DNA from: Vicinamibacterales bacterium | GTDB lineage: Bacteria; Acidobacteriota; Vicinamibacteria; Vicinamibacterales; UBA2999 | Direction of reading: 5' to 3' | Assembly (NCBI GenBank): GCA_040081715.1 | Contig: JBEBFY010000015.1 | Span: 14,505-78,504 of the forward strand | DNA: 64,000 nt | Part shown: positions 59,093 to 64,000 of the stretch, piece after piece | Layout: each line of letters opens with the position of its first letter | Position numbering within the stretch: the first letter of the stretch is position 1 | Program-made: the position numbers and the translations under genes | The notes under the pieces: model-generated | What the model was told of the DNA's origin: nothing | The model's database searches: none | The model's input: only the letters and a program-made list of their open reading frames with translations

Positions 59093-60928
59093 ATGCATGC
59101 TCGTGTGATGTGGGTCACTGTCGCCGCAGTGATCGCGGCCACGTCTTCAGCCAGGGTCCAGGCGCAGGGATTCACCGTGCCGGCGACGGCCCCGCTCGTG
59201 TACGCAGAGCGCTGCGCGTCGTGTCACGACAAGCCCGAGGCCTCCCGCGCGCCGAGCCTCGACGTGCTGCGCGCGAAAACACCGGAGGCCATCTACGCGG
59301 CCATGACCACCGGCCCGATGCAGCCGCAGTCGAAGGACATGTCGGACGCCACGAAGAAGCTCCTGGCGGAATTCCTGTCCGGCCGCACGATGGGTACGGC
59401 CGCGTCGGGTGACGCGTCGGCGATGCCGAACCGCTGCGCGCCGAAGCCGCTGGGCGATCCGCTCAAGGGCAACGGATGGAACGGCTGGGGCGTCGACCTC
59501 GCGAACACGCGCTACCAGGAGAAGCCCGGGATCACCGCCGGCAAGGTGCCGCGGTTGACGCTCAAGTGGGCGTTCGGCTTCCCGAACGCGACATCCGCGT
59601 ACGGGCAACCGGCGGTCATGGGCGGACGCGTGTATGCCGGGTCGGACGCCGGTTACGTGTACTCGCTCGACGCCGGCACCGGCTGCGTCTACTGGTCGTT
59701 CGCACCGAAGGCCGGCATGCGGACCGCGATCAGCGTGGGCCCCGTGAAGGGTCAGCGTAACAAGTACGCCGTCTACTTCGGCGACCTCAGAGCCAACGTC
59801 TACGCCATCGACGCCGAGACCGGTGCGCTGCTCTGGACGCAGACGGCCGACACGCATGCCTTCGCGCGCATCACCGGCGCACCGGTTCTGCACGACAACC
59901 GGCTCTATGTCCCGCTCGCCTCACTCGAAGAATCAGCGGGGGGCCTCCCGACCTATGAGTGCTGCACGTTCCGCGGGAGCATCGCTGCGTACGACGCGAG
60001 TACCGGGAAGCCACTCTGGAAGACGCACACCATCGCGGAGCCACCGAAGCCGACGCGGAAGACGTCGCTCGGCACACAGATGTATGGACCGTCGGGCGGC
60101 GCGATCTGGTCCGCGCCGGCGATCGACGTGAAGCGCAAGCTGCTCTATGTGACGACCGGCGATGCGTACAGCGAGCCTGCCGACATCGCCACCGACGCCG
60201 TCATGGCGATCGAGTTGGAGACGGGCGCGGTCCGATGGACCCAGCAGATGCTCGCGGGCGATGCGTGGCTCGTCGGGTGTGCGCAGGACCCTAACGCACC
60301 CGGACGATCGGAGACTTGCCCGCAGAGCCAGGGGCCGGACGCCGACTTCGGGAGCAACGCGTCGCTCGTCAAGCTGCCCGGTGGCAAGGACATCGTCGTC
60401 GCGCAGCAGAAGTCGGCCGTTGTGTGGGGCGTCGACCCCGACAAGGGCACCGTGATCTGGTCCACGAAAATTGGCCGCGGCGGCCCGGTGCAGTTTGGCC
60501 ACGCCACCGGCGACGGCCTCGGCTACTTCGCCGCGCCCGACCCGCGCGCCACCGACGAACTCGGCGGGCTGTGGGCGCTGAATCTCGCGACCGGTCAGAA
60601 GGTGTGGCGCACAGCCATCACGTGCAAGCCGGAGGACAAGGGCTGCACGTCCGCGCATCTCGGGGCGGTCAGCGCCGCGCCGGGCGTCGTCTTCGCGACC
60701 ACGTCGGACGGCAAGGTGCGGGCCTATGGATCGGCCGACGGCAAGGTGATGTGGGAGTACAACACCGCCCGCGAGTACGAAGCCGTCAACCGCATGCTGG
60801 CCAAAGGCGGCAACATCAGCGGTCCCGGCCCGGTGATCGTGGACGGGATGGTCTTCATCAGCTCGGGCTACTCCGCGATCGGCGGCCCCGGCCCTGGGAA
60901 CGTGCTGCTGGCGTTTGAAGTGAAGTAG
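59093..60928 (+). CDS. quinohaemoprotein: N-terminal cytochrome c + PQQ beta-propeller (PVA-dehydrogenase-like architecture)
   Basis: 611 aa with a signal peptide and a CASCH haem site at the N-terminus. PQQ-propeller repeats follow (VYAGSDAGYVYSLDAGTGCVYW, VYAIDAETGALLW, VMAIELETGAVRW, LWALNLATGQKVW, VRAYGSADGKVMW). Confidence 0.86.
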   Translation: MHARVMWVTVAAVIAATSSARVQAQGFTVPATAPLVYAERCASCHDKPEASRAPSLDVLRAKTPEAIYAAMTTGPMQPQSKDMSDATKKLLAEFLSGRTMGTAASGDASAMPNRCAPKPLGDPLKGNGWNGWGVDLANTRYQEKPGITAGKVPRLTLKWAFGFPNATSAYGQPAVMGGRVYAGSDAGYVYSLDAGTGCVYWSFAPKAGMRTAISVGPVKGQRNKYAVYFGDLRANVYAIDAETGALLWTQTADTHAFARITGAPVLHDNRLYVPLASLEESAGGLPTYECCTFRGSIAAYDASTGKPLWKTHTIAEPPKPTRKTSLGTQMYGPSGGAIWSAPAIDVKRKLLYVTTGDAYSEPADIATDAVMAIELETGAVRWTQQMLAGDAWLVGCAQDPNAPGRSETCPQSQGPDADFGSNASLVKLPGGKDIVVAQQKSAVVWGVDPDKGTVIWSTKIGRGGPVQFGHATGDGLGYFAAPDPRATDELGGLWALNLATGQKVWRTAITCKPEDKGCTSAHLGAVSAAPGVVFATTSDGKVRAYGSADGKVMWEYNTAREYEAVNRMLAKGGNISGPGPVIVDGMVFISSGYSAIGGPGPGNVLLAFEVK

Positions 60929-61028
60929 ATCAGCGCTTCCGTTGCTCCTTCACGCGACGCCGCGCGGTGGTCCGGAACGGCGTGGCCCTTGACATGCTGG
61001 ACAGACCTGGCGGGGATAGAATCGGCCG

Positions 61029-61418
61029 ATGTGGTCCACCGTCGAGTTGCGCTCCGCGCTTGAGGCGGTTCCCGAGTTGCAACTGGCCGTCATGTTCGGC
61101 TCGGCGGCCCGTGGCGCGCTTACCCGCGAGAGCGATCTGGACATTGGCATTCTCGGAGTCTCGCCGGCGCGCCTTCCTGACCTCGGGGTCCGCCTGGCGC
61201 GGATAGCTGGGCGGGACGCGGATCTTGTTGCGCTGGAAACCGCTCCGCCCTTGCTGCGATTCGAGATCGCTCGTGACGGCGTGCTGCTGCTGGAGCGCGA
61301 CCCGGGCCAGTGGGCTGACGTCCGGGCGCGCGCCATGGTCGATTGGTGGGAGTGGGCACCGACGGCCCACCGGTTAGCCTCCGCCGCTATGGCCCGGTTG
61401 GAGCAGAAGGCGCGCTGA
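61029..61418 (+). CDS. MntA-type nucleotidyltransferase antitoxin
   Basis: FGSAARG...ESDLDIG carries the minimal nucleotidyltransferase motifs GSxxRG and DxD. Confidence 0.85.
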   Translation: MWSTVELRSALEAVPELQLAVMFGSAARGALTRESDLDIGILGVSPARLPDLGVRLARIAGRDADLVALETAPPLLRFEIARDGVLLLERDPGQWADVRARAMVDWWEWAPTAHRLASAAMARLEQKAR

Positions 61419-61837
61419 TGGTCCGCCGCGATGTGGCGAGAACCCGCGTGACCAGGGCGGCCGCGTGGCTCACTGATGCCGAAGGGCTGTTTGGCTCGGA
61501 CGCTGAGTCGTTCGAAGCCGCGACCAAGGATCGTGACCTTGCGATCTTCTACCCCTTCCTGGCGCTCCAGGAATGCATCGATCTGGCGGCGCACTGGGTG
61601 GCGGACGCTGGGTGGGGAGCGCCAGACGACGCGGGTTCCGCGTTTGATGAATTAGCCTCCCGCGCCGCGATCTCGCGAGGGGTTGCCGACCGTATGCGCG
61701 CGGGAGTCGGTCTTCGGAACCGGATCGCACATGGCTACGCCCTCCTGGACTACGGTCGGGTGCGCTCAGAAGCTCTGGAAGACATCCCTTCGCTCAAGGC
61801 GTTTCTTGCCTCGGTCGGCCGCGAAGCCGGTCTATAG
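61418..61837 (+). CDS. HepT-type HEPN (DUF86) toxin
   Basis: ATG 61418 overlaps the MntA stop (TGATG). The HEPN motif is RNRIAHGY (Rx4H). Confidence 0.85.
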   Translation: MVRRDVARTRVTRAAAWLTDAEGLFGSDAESFEAATKDRDLAIFYPFLALQECIDLAAHWVADAGWGAPDDAGSAFDELASRAAISRGVADRMRAGVGLRNRIAHGYALLDYGRVRSEALEDIPSLKAFLASVGREAGL

Positions 61838-61870
61838 GACGAACGTGCGCGGCCAGGAGGTCGAGGGTAG

Positions 61871-61945
61871 TGGTAGCGGTACGGGGAATCGAACCCCGAT
61901 TTAATGGTTGAGAACCATCCGTCCTAACCGTTAGACGATACCGCC
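61871..61945 (-). tRNA. tRNA-Glu (anticodon CUC), CCA encoded
   Basis: Hand-folded 75-nt cloverleaf: acceptor GGCGGTA/TACCGCT, D arm GTCT-AACGGTTA-GGAC, anticodon arm GATGG-TTCTCAA-CCATT, T arm CGGGG-TTCGATT-CCCCG, then A-CCA. Confidence 0.9.
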
Positions 61946-62068
61946 AAAGGAGGGCCACCATACCGAGGCCGTCGGCATGGGTGAGAGCCTGTAAATGGTA
62001 CGCGATCCCCGCCGCCCCGTAAAGCCGCGGGCCCCGCCTGGGTAGCGTGGATGTTCGGGGGGCGTTCG

Positions 62069-63310
62069 CTACTGCGCCGGTTCGACCTTGAGAAGCGCCC
62101 CGTAGGCGGCGTCGGTCAGCAGGTACAGGTTGCCGTCCGGCCCCATCTTCACGTCGCGGATGCGCTGCTTCAGGTCCAGCAGCATCCACTCACGGTTGGT
62201 GTGCTGGCCCTTGGGGTTGAAGCTCACCCGTTCCAGGTGAGCGTAGGCCAGGGCGCCGACGAAGACATCGTTCTTCCACTTCGGGAACTTGTCGCCGGTA
62301 TAGAAGGCCATGCCCGAAAGGGAGATGGCGGGGTTCCAGAAGATCTGCGGCGCTTCGAACTCCGGCATCTCCGCGTGCGACTTGAACGGCGTGCCGCCGT
62401 AGTCGCGGCCCTGGGAGACCACCGGCCAGCCGTAGTTCTTGCCGGGCAGCAGGATGTTGATCTCATCGCCGCCTTGCGGGCCGTTCTCGTTCTCGAAGAT
62501 CGCGCCGGTCACAGGATGCACGGCGAGGCCGAGCACGTTCCGGTGGCCCATCGTGAAGATCTCGGGCTTGTAGCCGGCCTTGCCCACAAACGGGTTGTCC
62601 GCCGGCACGGTGCCGTCGTCCTTGAGGCGCAGCACCTTGCCCTGATGGTTGCCGCCGTCCTGGGCGCGGGCCGCCACGGGCACGGGCACGCCGACGGCCA
62701 TGTAGATCATGCCGTCCTTGCCGAACACGATCTTCGAGGCGAGGCCTGGCACTTCCTTCGGGGTATTCCACGGCGTGGTTACCAGCAGGTCCTTCACGTC
62801 GGTGAGCGTCATGCCGTCCAGCCGGCCGCGGGCCAGCGTGATCGCCATGGTCCGGTCGGGTCCCGGCTTCGTGTAGGTCAGGTAGATGAGCTGGTTCTTC
62901 GCGAAGTCCGGGTGGACGGCGATGTCCATCAGGCCGTCGTAGAGCTTGGCCGTCACTGCAGGCACGCCGGCAATCGGCTGCGGCACGAGCACGCCGTCCT
63001 TCACCATGCGCAGCGTCCCGCTCTTCTCCGAAACGAGCATCGCGCCATTGGGGAGAAACGCCAGGGCAAAGGGACGCGAGAGCCCGTTGACGACGGTGGT
63101 GACCGTGATCTTGTGCTGTGCGGTGTCGAAAGTGGACGGCCCCGGCGGCAGCGGCACGAAGGTGCTCGGGCCGGTCGGGTAGAAGAACTTGGTGGCCGGG
63201 GGCTGTGCCTTGGGAGCCGCCGGCAGCGCCTCAAACGGGTTCTGGGCGAGGAGCGACCCGGCGCTGGCAACAAGGGCGGTCAGCGTGAGGACAGCGGCTG
63301 TGCGTGTCAT
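62069..63310 (-). CDS. PQQ-dependent soluble sugar (glucose/sorbosone) dehydrogenase, YliI-like
   Basis: Trimmed to ATG 63310 (signal peptide). LSRPFALAFLPNG, DGLMDIAVHPDF, HQGKVLRL..DG..P.DNPF, HRN..GLAVHP and GGDEIN....G.NYGWP motifs are present. Confidence 0.9.
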   Translation of the reverse strand: MTRTAAVLTLTALVASAGSLLAQNPFEALPAAPKAQPPATKFFYPTGPSTFVPLPPGPSTFDTAQHKITVTTVVNGLSRPFALAFLPNGAMLVSEKSGTLRMVKDGVLVPQPIAGVPAVTAKLYDGLMDIAVHPDFAKNQLIYLTYTKPGPDRTMAITLARGRLDGMTLTDVKDLLVTTPWNTPKEVPGLASKIVFGKDGMIYMAVGVPVPVAARAQDGGNHQGKVLRLKDDGTVPADNPFVGKAGYKPEIFTMGHRNVLGLAVHPVTGAIFENENGPQGGDEINILLPGKNYGWPVVSQGRDYGGTPFKSHAEMPEFEAPQIFWNPAISLSGMAFYTGDKFPKWKNDVFVGALAYAHLERVSFNPKGQHTNREWMLLDLKQRIRDVKMGPDGNLYLLTDAAYGALLKVEPAQ

Positions 63311-63403
63311 GGCCGTCCATGATACGGGGTGCCGCGGACTCGCGTTCCGGATGCCGGTCTCCGCCGTCAGCGCACCGCGGCGCCGCCAGCACATCGTAGG
63401 TTG

Positions 63404-63958
63404 CTAACGTCGGGCTGACCGGGCGCCGTCGCGGTAGCCGCCCTCGTAGCCCTGCCGGAATCCATCCCGGTAGTTGCGACGGTAGGCATCTCGCGGCCCG
63501 TAGTCGCGGAAGTATCCGGCGTCCCCGTCCCGGTAGGCACCCTCTCGTGTGGGGTCGTACCGGTCGCGGTCGTTGCCGTCGTCGAATCCGCGGCGATAGC
63601 CATCCGACTGACCGCGCGCGTACGCGGGATCCGGCTGGACGGCCCTGGGCGCCAACGGGCCGCGAGGAGAGGGCGCCAGATGGGCAGCGCGCTCGCTGGT
63701 GAAACCGGCCCGATAGCCGTCGGCATAGCCGCGCCCCGCTTCTCCACGCCGGCCACGCTGCGGGCCCCGCTGATCGAGGGCCGGCGGCCGTCCCCGCCGC
63801 GCATCCCGGACGCCCTCCTGGTAGCCGCGCTCGTAACCCTGGTCGTAGGGCGCCAACCGTTGCACATCCGGCCGCCACGGCCTGGGCTGGGCAAGCGCCT
63901 CTGCCCCTCCAAGGAGGGAGAGCATCAGGGCGACGAGGATCGAAGGGAGGTATCGCAT
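63404..63958 (-). CDS. secreted Arg/Gly/Tyr/Asp-rich low-complexity repeat protein
   Basis: Trimmed to ATG 63958, with signal peptide LLGGAEALA-QP. It contains repeated G-Y-x-(R/D)-G-(Y/F) units (GYERGYQEG, GYADGYRAGF, DGYRRGFDDG, RDGFRQGYEGGYRDG). No family is recognised. Confidence 0.5.
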   Translation of the reverse strand: MRYLPSILVALMLSLLGGAEALAQPRPWRPDVQRLAPYDQGYERGYQEGVRDARRGRPPALDQRGPQRGRRGEAGRGYADGYRAGFTSERAAHLAPSPRGPLAPRAVQPDPAYARGQSDGYRRGFDDGNDRDRYDPTREGAYRDGDAGYFRDYGPRDAYRRNYRDGFRQGYEGGYRDGARSARR

Positions 63959-64000
63959 GGTCCTTCTTCGTGGTGCAACGCCCTCCATTGTGCAAGCGGC

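Noticed and set aside
60989-61022. TTGACA ... TAGAAT hexamers upstream of the MntA gene, as a promoter for a leaderless transcript.
   Set aside because: Both hexamers are good, and TAGAAT ends 7 nt before the ATG. But the spacer is 22 nt, outside the 16-19 nt range of sigma70 promoters. It was not called as a feature.
56920-62068. An integrase, transposase or att direct repeat that would prove a mobile island at tRNA-Glu.
   Set aside because: None is visible. There is no recombinase-like ORF, and I found no copy of the tRNA 3' half elsewhere in the window. The islet idea is therefore kept only as a moderate-interest hypothesis.

Overview
GC-rich bacterial chromosomal segment. The gene content (a TIGR03436-type 'acidobacterial VWFA' protein, CarboxypepD_reg-fused TonB receptor, TPR/CarboxypepD_reg protein) suggests an Acidobacteriota-like organism; this is inference only. 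All family names come from reading the translated ORFs and recalled motifs, since no searches were run. I support about 60 protein genes and one tRNA-Glu(CUC). There is no rRNA, CRISPR array, transposase or integrase. Housekeeping blocks: pyrB(partial)-pyrC; pyrE-truA; uppS-cdsA-dxr-rseP; and a tightly packed minus-strand heme operon (VWA, CcsA/HemX-like, hemA, hemC, cobA::hemD, hemB, hemL, HD hydrolase). There is also a 9-gene nuo cluster (A,C,D,H,J,K,L,M,N) with no gene for any Fe-S subunit (no nuoB, nuoI or nuoEFG), followed directly by an F0-only atp cluster (atpZ-like, membrane protein, atpB, atpE, atpF). A heme-A operon (cupredoxin-like lipoprotein, ctaA, ctaB, DUF420) ends in an unknown outer-membrane barrel gene. 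Remaining genes include an M23 peptidase, OprO/P-like porin, NHL propeller, tandem USP, gdh and a CoA-transferase. The most interesting part is a duplicated periplasmic redox module. Locus 1 (36.4-42.8 kb) is a PQQ dehydrogenase, TonB receptor, cytochrome c and cytochrome c::DUF1080. Locus 2 (57.7-60.9 kb) is a dihaem cytochrome c::DUF1080, which is a fusion of the two locus-1 cytochrome genes, plus a haem c::PQQ quinohaemoprotein. Locus 2 is bracketed by two toxin-antitoxin pairs (AbrB-Doc, MntA-HepT) next to the tRNA-Glu. Secondary oddities are His-rich low-complexity inserts in NuoL and ATP synthase subunit a, a signal-peptide-like extension on subunit c, a 770-bp gene-poor gap with a type-I-toxin-like peptide, and several convergent gene junctions with no room for a terminator. 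Many long ORFs in the track are GC-driven antisense or shadow ORFs and were rejected.
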